Assembly: GCF_009834535.1 (NCBI RefSeq)
Contig: NC_045696.1
Coordinates: 36,210,001 to 36,274,000 of the forward strand
Reading direction: 5' to 3'
Source: Camelus ferus
Lineage: Eukaryota
Length of the DNA stretch: 64,000 bases
Shown: piece after piece, positions 53,289-64,000 of the stretch
Numbering within the stretch: the first letter of the stretch is position 1
How the letters are laid out: each line of letters opens with the position of its first letter
Notes under the pieces: generated by a model
Told to the model about the DNA's origin: nothing
What the model saw: the letters and a program-made list of their open reading frames with translations, nothing else
Database searches by the model: none
Made by a program: the position numbers and the translations under genes

Positions 53289-53782
53289 TTTTCTGAGACA
53301 GGAGGGAAGGGGGCAGGGCATAGTCATTAAAAGGATGACACAGCAATTGAGGATAGGATATATCTACTATTTAGAACCAACTAGGCCCAACTTGGCTCAA
53401 GATGGCAGAAGATTTAACTTCCAGTAGAACTTGAGCCTTATTATAGGTTCACTGTAATACATTAGTATGCGAAATGACAAACCTACCAGCACCATGACAG
53501 TTCCCAGGTTGACCATACAAGCCAAAAAGTGGACGGGGGCCCAATTCCTGGAAATTCTTACCCCTTTCCCAAAATAGTGGGGAAAATCCTCCCACTTGTT
53601 AGCATATGAAATTACCCAAACCATAAAAACTAACAACCCTGGGGCCGCCTCTCTTGCCCTCTGAGATAGCTCACTCTCTGTGGATGGAGTGTATATCTCC
53701 CTGAATAAATCTACTCTCACTTTACTATGACTTGCTCTTGAATTCTTTCCTGTGCGAGACAAGAACCTATTCTCCATCAACA
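53289..53782 (+). mobile_element. ERV1-type solo LTR (5' boundary approximate)
   Basis: AATAAA 53704-53709 followed by CTTGAATTCTTTCCTG..AAGAACC..CAACA, typical of ERV1 LTR U5. Confidence 0.7.
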
Positions 53783-54095
53783 TCTTTGCTTCCTTCCCAG
53801 CATCCATTACTTTGTGTCCTTCTGGCACTCTATCTGATTCTAGTGAGCTGTCAATCACAGGACTCCACAAACAAGCTAAGCCAAAATAATCAGGTTCTCT
53901 TTTCTAAGAAATTCAATCATGAGCAGGGATATACAAGACCAGAAGACAGAACTGAGTCATCTGATGGCAGCTCCTAATATAGTGAGCACATGAGCTCGCA
54001 CTACATAGATCACCTAAAACACCCAAGTCCTTGGCTTCCCTAGGCCTGGTTATTCAACATGCCATTAAGTAGTCTTCCAAGAAATCCACTCAGCG

Positions 54096-54270
54096 TTTTT
54101 TTTTTTTTTTCCCTTCCTTTCTTTCTTTGTTTTTCTTTCTTTTGTTCCTTTATTTTATCCTATTTTTTAATTTTTATTTTTTTAATTGTCTGTCTTCCTT
54201 CTTTTCTTTCTTTCTTTCCTCTCTCTCCCTCTCTTTCTTTCTGCCCCTTCCTTCCTTTCTTTCTTCTTTA
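54096..54270. repeat. Pyrimidine-rich low-complexity tract
   Basis: (CT/TTTC)-rich. Confidence 0.8.
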
Positions 54271-56499
54271 GTTAGCAAGAGTCATTACTGTTGCTTAAGC
54301 TAAAGAATATTAATTAATAAATGAATTATCAGGCTTCTCACATTTTTTTCTCATAGTATTTTGAAAGCTTAAATGTGCATACAGATCATTTAGCTATTAG
54401 AGAAGATATTGAACTTGGTGGTTAGAAAAGGTCTGAAATGAAAAGCACGACTGTAGATCCTAGATAGAATTAATGGCAAGAGAATATGGCATAGGGTGGT
54501 GGTGTTGCATACCAGATATTGCCTCTAACTCTTCCAGCACCAACCTCAACTCTAATCTAAGCTTGATAAAATCTCTCCATCAGTGCAACATTTTGGACTC
54601 TGAAATGAAGTGAATTTAAGAAAAGACAAAGGCAGATAAACAGTGAAAAGAATAGTTAGAGAAGGAAAGAAGAAAGTAAAAAAGAGAAGGAAAATATGAG
54701 TCAGTAATGTCAAGGGTAGTCTGCTCCTAAGCAGAAGTGGAAGTCTGCAAAGGGCCAAATTAGCACAGCCAAAGGAGACATCTTTCTTCTATTTTTCTTC
54801 ATCACAGCCTTTAGTGGGAAGTGACACAAAATATATAGACAGTATTATTTTAAATCTCTCTCTCTAGATAGATATAGATACAGATACTGATATATAAAAA
54901 CATGTCTGGAAAATCAGGTAGCATTTCTGAACAATTTCTTCATTGCTAAAAAAGTTAAACTCGATGATTTCTAATAACTCTCTCAAAACTAAAATTGATC
55001 TGTAAACTTTTCTTTAAATAGAACTGTATTTCTATGGACTAAGCAGTTGTATTTCTACAGACTAAACAATTAATTATAAACAGAATATTTATAGTTCTAA
55101 TTTGATCTCAAATTTAAAATCTTAGGGAGTAAAAATATTCCATCTGTATCTCAGTTTTCTCATTAGTAAACCAGAAATTATTTTTAATCCAATTAAACTA
55201 CCATACTTTTAAAAATAAAGGCATTATGGGGACAACTATTCTTTACGTGATGTAGCTGTAGAATTAATTTATCTACTCTATCAGTGTCTATATATAACAA
55301 GTGTATTTCCCCATGTATATGTTTTGATTATGTATAATACACACAGACACACACACACATCATTTTTAACTCTACCAAGATTCAATGAAAATGTAACAAT
55401 TTCTACAAAAAGAAAGAATTAGCAAATTCCTGTGGTGACAAGCAGTTAAGTGGCAAGCCACTTTTGCCTTTTTCTCTTCTCCAAAACACTGATTATCGGA
55501 CAAATACTTGATTGTCCTAATGAACTATATAGATAATGAGTTAGTGTTATGTGGTCCACATATAAGCTTAATGATAGGAGTTTGAATGTTGACATTCTGC
55601 TATTGTAGGTCTTTAATGTAAGATTAACAAAGTGTTGTTTTAGCTTTAAAATTAGAATTCTTCAATATCACACTCATCCTGATCTATAACCAATAAAATT
55701 TAGTGGGATGTTAGTAAATTCCTATTTAACTCTCCTGAAATTCTCATCTTTGAAAAACTTACACTGGAGCTTTAAGCAACCTAAAAGTTATGGTGTAATT
55801 CAGAATTTATCTCTCCCATGCCATTTCCTGAGAATAAAACATAACACAAGTAAGCATTTTTGACCAGTGAACATGCTTAAACTTTAAAGAACCAACGAAT
55901 TAAGTGACCACTAAAATGTACTAAATGCCCTGACATCCCTACATATTTTTTAGAGAAAACTCAGTATTTTGCCTTGAATCAAGGAAATACAAAGATAAAG
56001 TACAAAGAATTCATGTGGCACTCAGTGTCAAAAATCCTCAGTACAAGACGATCTGAGAACTACAATATTTAACAGTCCTTTTGATTTCAAGGTTAAAAAA
56101 TGACATCTCCCTACTGCTATGCAAACCCGCAGTCATCCCAAAACAATTCGTTTGTCAATGTTGAGATAAGCAAACCAAGCTCAAAGTCCAGAAATTGCAG
56201 ACGGGTGGTAGGCTGCAGCAGGGGGTGCTGGTTCTGGCTGGAGACAGGCACTTGTATGAAGGGAAGACAGGGTGGGTTGCTTTTTCCTTCCTAGTTTTAC
56301 ACTGGAACGTGTTCATCCTTGTCCTCTGACTGGGAACTTCAGCTGTTGAGGGCAAATAGGTAGATTTTCTAATTCCTCTATTGACATTTAGTGTCACTGG
56401 GGCTCCTGAACCTGTCCTGTCCCGTAGGCAACACTTGATTCCCAGAGTAGGGCAAATACTGACCCTGCCCCACCATTACACTGCCCACTAAATCCACGG

Positions 56500-57010
56500 C
56501 TGCTTCCTTCAGCCCGGCGATTGTCAGACTCACTGGAAACTTTGTAGGAGCCCTAGGAAAGAAAATCCTACCACCCGCGCTCGCAGTTCAGTTGGCACTG
56601 CTGAGGGAAGAAGACAGCACGCTTTTGATTACTCACAGTTAGCCTCCAAGACGGGAAGCAGTAGGGCGAGGCACGCCAGCAGCGCCCCGCAGCGCCCACC
56701 TGGGACCCTCATGGCGCAGCGGGCGGAGTTGCGGGCGGGGACGGTGGCGCTTCCCGGCGAGGACCCTTGCGCTCCGCTCGCCGCGGAGCTACGACCCGGG
56801 CGCCGCTCTCTGAGGACTGCGGCGCGGCGGCGCTGCGAGCGAGCGCGCCCGCGAGGCGGCCGAGCCGGGGGCGGGGGGACCGCCCGCTCCCAGCCCCCAG
56901 CCCGACGCGGGAAGCGATAACAAGGACATTTCCAGGAAGCTTTTCTTTTCGGAGTTGGGGGCAGGGCTGGGGAAGAGTGCTGGAGGCCTAGTAAACACTG
57001 TCCAGACATC
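56500..57010 (-). promoter_or_regulatory. PROS1 CpG-island promoter / 5'UTR
   Basis: CpG-dense, no obvious TATA; GC box 56867-56878, STAT-type TTCCAGGAA 56930-56938, FOXA-type GTAAACA 56991-56997. Confidence 0.85.
56637..56712 (-). CDS. PROS1: Protein S exon 1 (signal peptide MRVPGGRCGALLACLALLLPVLEAN)
   Basis: ATG at 56712 in GCCATG context; hydrophobic signal peptide; donor GTGAGT at 56636. Confidence 0.97.
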
Positions 57011-57479
57011 CTTCCTCGCCCTTTTCCAGCGGTCTCTGGATTGTGAAGTTTGCCACGGAGAAAGGGAAGCAAATGGAGTAAAAAAAAAAAAAAAAAAAAA
57101 AAATCCTCTAGCGACCTGGGGTGGAAGGCTGAGTGGCCAAGAGAACTTGAGAACCCAGAGAGAGGACGCGGTGTCCAGGTTTAGAGGGAAAAACTGTGAG
57201 GGACTAACGCTGGGGATGAGGATGTTAATCAACACCCTTAGAAGCGAATGAGACCTCTGGGAAGGCTACAGAGAGCAGAGATAATGGAAGCAAATGGGAT
57301 AGTTTTGATCTACATTTTTGTTTTGTTCTTACAATTATAGTGCAAAAAACTATAGCAAAAAAAGATGTTTGGGGGAAAAAAAGAATGTCTCAAATTCCCT
57401 CGCCTTCAAACAGCTCGTTTTGTTTTTTGCATGTTACCCCTGCTTTTGTGCTTAGACGTACACATTTGAAATACGTTAC

Positions 57480-57680
57480 TAGATGTTTAGGGCTGCCTCT
57501 GGAGCTAAACTGCCTGGATTCAAATGGCAGTGCTGCCACTTAATAGTTGTACTATTTGTAAATGGAGATAATAGTAGGTTTTCACAGTGTTAATGTAAGA
57601 ACTTAAAGAGATGACACATGTGAGGCCATCAGTGTGTTAAATAGTAGTACATACTTAAGGCATTCTTTCTATTATCACTT
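57480..57680 (+). mobile_element. MIR
   Basis: CTGCCTGGATTCAAAT..TGTAAATGGAGATAATAGTA core. Confidence 0.6.
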
Positions 57681-58195
57681 CTAGTATTTCTGCCCAAACG
57701 AATGTATCGGTTGATTTCCTGTGTGTGTGAATAAAAGTCAATAGGCTGATGATCTCTCAAGGGTCTCTTCCAGCTCGTCTGTGGTTCTGTGATCCAGCTG
57801 CATGGACATCGATACTGGCGTCACTTTTTCTGATAAGAACATTTGACATGAAATTGTTGAATATATCCACCCATATTCTTCCCTCTTTTAAATTCTCTTG
57901 CTTCTTGCTGTGTCTGACTCTACCATATCAATCTATTCACCACTTTATTCCCAGCCCCAAGTGAGTTAGTTATAAATATAGTTCTAGTCTCTGTATAATT
58001 GTTCGGTGTGTTAGCAATCAATCATAAAACAAAATGACCTTTAAGTACTATATTTAATTATTGAATATTTATATATATTTAGGCTATGAGTCTTTCCTCA
58101 TCTTGTGAGGAGGAACTGAGTAGAATATCAATTTTGAGATCTCAAAATTTCACAAGGAGGGAAAACCTCCAAAATCATGAATCTACAACATTCAT

Positions 58196-58373
58196 TTATT
58201 ATTTTTGTTTTTAATTGCTTTTTTTAAGTTGCTATTCTTTTTCTTAATGGTTTTTTATTGCGGGGGCGGGGATTAGGTTTACTTATTTTTTTAACGGTGG
58301 TACTGGGGATTGAACCCAGGATTTCGTGTATGCTAAGCACGCACTCTGTCACTGAGCTATACCCTCCCTCCCA
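58196..58373 (-). mobile_element. tRNA-derived SINE
   Basis: Reverse complement of GGGAGGGTATAGCTCAGT...GGTTCAATCCCCAGTACC with T-rich tail. Confidence 0.85.
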
Positions 58374-59432
58374 ACAACAATCATAACAAATCATCTCGAT
58401 ACAGACATTAAAAAAAATATAAGGAATATGAAGGCAGAAATGTTAGAGAAATGTGAGGTACCTAAAAGAAAAATCTTGCTCTTTCAAAGCCTTCAACTGA
58501 AAGTGAGTATCATTTTAATACTACAAATATACGTCACAGTATCAGCAACAGTTGTCAGTGCTAAAAAATTATGTGTCCTACCAATACAGTGTAACGTCGA
58601 GACTTCGAAAAATCATACACTTGAATGTTTTAATACAAAATTTAGTAATTCATCTTTGGATAAAATTTTCAGGTTTTTAATTTATTTCACAAGTTCACTC
58701 TATGATGTGCAATTAAACTTTATCCAAAATTTAGCTGCTAATCTAATCCCCTCTCCCAGTCCTAATTCTAGTCCTTTCCCCTCATTCAGTTTTATGTTTC
58801 TCCGTATAATCTACTAATATGTTGTCTCATTTAATTATTATGTTTTTTATCTGCATCCTCATCCTTCTCCTCCATTAGAGTGTAAAATCCATGAGGGCAG
58901 GAATTTTTTTGTTTTGTTCACAGCTATATTCCTAGTGCCTAGAACAGTGATGGGTACATAAATATTCAATTAAATTCAATTTAACAATACAAGCCTACGA
59001 ATATTTATGCCCAAATATCAGCGATGATTATTTCCAGGGGTAGGGTTATGGATCATTTTCCTTTTGCTGATCTGTAATTTTATTTTTCCACAATAGTCTT
59101 TTAATATTTGCTTTGTAAAAACTAACAAATACTAAAGTATTTAAATCCCAGGCTTTGAGGACTAGTCTTATTTTATTTGTTTGTTTATTTTAGATAGAGT
59201 GATTTTTATGGCTGTACTTTAAGAGTGTTGCCTTGTTAAATGTTTACAAAATGGATCAGAGCTGGGAATGATTAGAAACCAAGTAACATTTATACAAGAG
59301 ATAAGTGTTGGTGAGGATGTTGAGAAAAGGGAACCCTTGTTCACTGTTGGTGGGAATGTACATCAATACCACCATTATAGAAAACAGTACAGAAGTTTCT
59401 CAAGAAATTAAAAATAGAAATACTATATGATC

Positions 59433-59746
59433 TGTAAACAAAGAATGTCCCCCACCACTCCAGTTCTGCAAGGTTCAAGTCATTAATCACTGCAGTCACA
59501 GACTTACAAGTACTTGCTGAGAGAAACCCAGGGTGAGATGTCCTGTGTTTTGGATATATGGGCCCCTAGATAGCTAAAATTCATATCTAAGGAAGAATTT
59601 CAATAACCCCAGACTCTTGCATCCTCCTTTACAAAGCACTAAAATCCTTAACTGGTGATACCTGTTTTCTGTGTGGTTATCTTTTACCAAGATGTATGCT
59701 TGACTGCATGTATTTCCCAGCCAAAATATTGAGATATATATGTGCG

Positions 59747-59777
<31 letters not shown>

Positions 59778-59910
59778 TGGCTCCTACCTCTTCAGAGAAG
59801 TTCCTTAGAGCTATCTGAGAGGCTGTCTCCTGAGCTGCAGCCCTCAGTAACACACTGAATAAAACTCAACTCACAGCTCTTACATTGCGAGTTTATTTTT
59901 CCAGTCAACA
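59433..59910 (+). mobile_element. ERV1-type solo LTR (478 bp)
   Basis: TGT...ACA ends, 4-bp TSD GATC, AATAAA at 59858-59863. Confidence 0.85.
59749..59777. repeat. (CA)n microsatellite inside LTR
   Basis: Seen directly. Confidence 0.9.
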
Positions 59911-60081
59911 GATCCAACAATCCCACTTCTGGTTATATATCCAAAAATAAATGGAATAGCTATCTTGAAGAGACATCTGTACTCTCAAGTTTATTACAGC
60001 ATTATTCACAATAGTCAACATATGGAAACAACCAGCTAAGTGTCCATCAACAGATGAATGGATAAAGAAAATGTGAAATCA

Positions 60082-60092
60082 ATCTATCTATC

Positions 60093-60151
<59 letters not shown>
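60082..60151. repeat. (TATC)n tetranucleotide microsatellite
   Basis: Seen directly. Confidence 0.95.
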
Positions 60152-60714
60152 ATTTCACATTTATACACGGCATTGGGGTATTATACTAAGTGAAATAAAC
60201 CAGACAAAGACAAATTCTACATGTTATCACTTACATGTAGAATCTAAAAAAAGGCAAATTCATAGAAATAGAGAGTAGGATGGTGGATGAGGGGTGGAAG
60301 AGTGGGGAAATGGGGAGAGACTGATAAAAGGTACAAAACTTTCACTTATAAGATGAATAAGTTCTGAGGATCTAATGCTATAGCTTGGTGACTATAATTA
60401 ATTATACTGTTTTGTATACTTGAAATTTGCTAAGAGAGTAGATCTTAAGTGTTCTCAGAAAAAAAAAAAAAAGAAAAAGAAAGGTAACTATGTGAGGTAA
60501 CAGATGTGTCAGTTAACCTGACTGTGGGAATCATTTCACAAGGTATACATCTATCAAATCATCAGATTGGACACTTCAAGTACATTACAATTTTATTTGT
60601 CAATTTTACCTCAGTAAAACTGGAAGGGAAAAGGAAGAAACCAGGTAACATTTAGGATGCAAATTCAACCATTCCTGGGAGATGAAACAAGAGTCTTAAT
60701 TAGAATGACATCAA

Positions 60715-61125
60715 GATTGTTTTCTTCATTTAGAATAAACTAGATTGTACCGTGGTAAAACAGCCACAAAATTACAGTGGCTTAAAATAAGTGTTTATTT
60801 CTTGCTCATGGGAAGTCACCTACAGGACTTTCCAGGCAGCTGTCTCCCATGTGTTGGCTCAGCATTACATGCTGTTTTGATATCATAAGTACTTCAAAGG
60901 TAAAGTAGGCTTCCACAGTTACTATTGCAAGGGAAGAAAGATAGAACATGGAGATTGTGGACTAGCTCTTAGATCCTTCCACAAAGAAGTGATACAGTCA
61001 CTACACTCACATTTCAATGGACAAAGCAGTTCCCATGACTTCAAGAGGGTAGAAATAACTCTCTCATGTGCTTATAAAAGAAAAAGACAACTGGAAGTAG
61101 TGAGCAGCATATATGTCTACCAGAC
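60715..61125 (-). mobile_element. Old MaLR LTR
   Basis: CAGTGGCTTAAAA..GTTTATTTCTTGCTCATG motif. Confidence 0.55.
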
Positions 61126-62545
61126 CACTTAATATATTGAAAAACTAACAATCATCCAGTTAACTAACTGACCAACTGTATGTTGGCACCAGAAATGTTT
61201 GGTAATGTATCACTATTAGAATTAGGGAAGAGAAGAAGTAGAGCTGAGGTTGCGTATAGTTTGGGGAAAAAGGTGGGGTTGAGTATTGAGTTTCAGAAAT
61301 GCTTGAGGATAGTAAGTAAAGAAAGGCCCTTCAGGCACAGAAGTAGTCATTGGCTTTTTGAAGAGAACATGTTTTTTAAAAAGGAAAGCAGAGGGATAGG
61401 GTCAGATCTTAGAGAATATATATAGGAAGTTGAAAAAGGGTAACCAATGAGATTGGAAGAGAACAAGAATAGTACATAATTGTGAAAAGCCAAGGGAGGA
61501 AAGAATTTTAGAAGAGTTACCTGTATTAAATTTAGTAATAGAGGTATTATAGTGTCTGGACAGGGTAGTCTGGGCAGAGGCAGCCCAGCACTGATGACGA
61601 AGGACAGGTTCAGTTAGGAAAACCAGTAGAGGCCTCGAGCAACTGGAAAGAAATGTTAAGTTATCAAGGCAGGACAATGAGAATAGTGAACAAGATCCCT
61701 AGCAGTTTGGAGGCAGAGGTAGGGGGATACATACCATTAAATGTTTTTAGGACAGATGACACCAACTTCAAAATCTGCTATTACTTGCTAGAAATTGCAC
61801 TTGAGCTTTAGTTCTCTCATTTCATCATCTTAGCAGCCCTGCAAAGTAGGTATTTTCATTTCCATTTTACTTATAGGGTACTTGAGTTCAAAGCCAATAA
61901 GCTGTAAGAGATGTATACGAGTTTGAACTAGGGTTACATGAGTGAGTAAAAGAGAATAATTTTAAAACTAGATCTACCTTAGTCCCAAACTATTATTTTG
62001 TCTTGGATACACTGGGCTTCCCAGGGTCCTCTTCTCCTTTTACCAAGGTTTGAATATATATATTTAAGTAGAGGCTGAATGGACACACAGCTCCCTACAT
62101 ATAATACATTCATTTTTTTCTATAGGAGTGTGCTTGTCACTTCTTTATTTCCAAAGAATATAAAGGAAATGTAGATATTATGTATTTCTTTTCATAAAAT
62201 AAAACGTTACAAAACAGCCAATAGATCATGATCTCCATCTTGCAGAAACCAAATAGCTAGCAATCTATGTATCTAAAAATCCTGGAAAAAATATACATCA
62301 AAGTGTTAACACTATCTTTGGGTGGTGAGTGTGAGATTGTATTTTCTTCAGCTTGTTCTTTTTTCAGTGTTTTTCCCATTTTCTACAATGACTATGTTAT
62401 TTTTTTGGGTAATCATAACCCCTCACACAGTATCATACAATTCCATCTCACATTTTATGTAACGAACAGCAATAAACGTTATACAGATTAAAATGTCACT
62501 CTCATCTGAACTATTGGATAGTTAGCAAATGAGTTTTTCCCTCCT

Positions 62546-62692
62546 TTTTTCTGTTTGCTTTTGTTGTTGTTTTTTGGTGGGGGGAGGTAATTAGGTTTAT
62601 TTATTTATTCTTAGAGGAGGTACTGGAGATTGAACTCAGGACCTCATGCATGCTAAGCACACGCTCTACCACTTGAACTATACCCTCCCTCC
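62546..62692 (-). mobile_element. tRNA-derived SINE
   Basis: Same family head and tail; approximate TSD TTTTCCCT. Confidence 0.85.
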
Positions 62693-62919
62693 TTTTCCCT
62701 TCTTAATTGTTTCTGTAGTTGCGTAGCCTGAGTCGGCCGGAATCCCGTAGGATCCCCACCTTTGTTTCATAAAACAAAACAAAACACCGCAAGACCTGAG
62801 ATGTCTGAATCTCAGTTGTAGTTGGAGACAGACGAGGAGCAGCGCCCTTGGTTGGCAACACAGTTTGGATAGGTATACAGATAGATCTTGCCTGAGATCT
62901 GTCCGAGGTCCCTCAGCTC

Positions 62920-63620
<701 letters not shown>

Positions 63621-64000
63621 ATGCTTTCCCTCCCAGTTTGATTTATCCCCGGAGGGAGGGATAGGAGGACGTCGCCTTTTTGTTTAGTTGGAGTTAAATT
63701 CTCATACATAATGCCGATTGTTATCATTTAAATGGGTCCTAATTTCTTAAAAAAGTTGTGGATTTCATGTGTATGTGGAATTGGGAACTATCCGTTGTGT
63801 AGTCTTCCCCTGAAACTTTTGTAATGGGATTTTTTTTTTTTTAAATTGGGAAACATGGGATATTGTTTTCTTAACATACACACACCCCCTTCCCAACACA
63901 CACACACTGGGGACTTGGGCTTGAAATCTGGCTCCACTGCTTAATAATTATATGACTTAATCTCTTTGGCCCCACCTTCCTCACATTAAATGACGGTGGT

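Larger units (their letters stand above)
1..56712 (-). other. PROS1: PROS1 gene span (start codon to window edge; rest of exon 14 and exon 15 lie outside)
   Basis: 14 exons join in frame (76,158,25,87,123,132,126,122,116,190,168,169,149,>=194 nt): signal/propeptide, Gla, TSR, 4 EGF, SHBG-like LG domains. Confidence 0.98.
59295..60625 (+). mobile_element. L1 3' fragment interrupted by solo LTR and (TATC)n
   Basis: GTTGGTGAGGATG..GGAACCC..GTTGGTGGGAATG motifs; L1 sequence resumes after the LTR. Confidence 0.85.

Noticed and set aside
53397..53870. 157-aa minus-strand ORF
   Set aside because: Antisense reading of a solo LTR
1..56712. Possibility that this is a PROS pseudogene or GAS6
   Set aside because: Frame and splice sites are intact, sequence and TSR match protein S, and ARL13B synteny fits PROS1

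Overview
Mammalian genomic DNA, probably a camelid (alpaca/llama/camel), inferred from several copies of a tRNA-derived vic-1-like SINE. The minus strand carries PROS1 (vitamin K-dependent protein S): coding exons 1-13 complete and exon 14 truncated at the window edge. All introns are GT-AG and the spliced frame is open over about 611 codons. ARL13B coding exon 1 lies on the plus strand about 6.7 kb upstream, head-to-head, and each gene has its own CpG-island promoter. The rest is intron/intergenic sequence with young L1 3' ends, SINEs, two ERV1-type solo LTRs, MaLR LTRs, a decayed ERVL-type internal region, L2/MIR and microsatellites. I found no convincing new biological system. The best leads are protein S changes (Arg60->Pro in the thrombin-sensitive region; only one N-glycan sequon in the visible protein), an overlapping uORF on ARL13B and cryptic splice donors. 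Comparisons to human and bovine sequences and repeat family names are from memory, not from a search.
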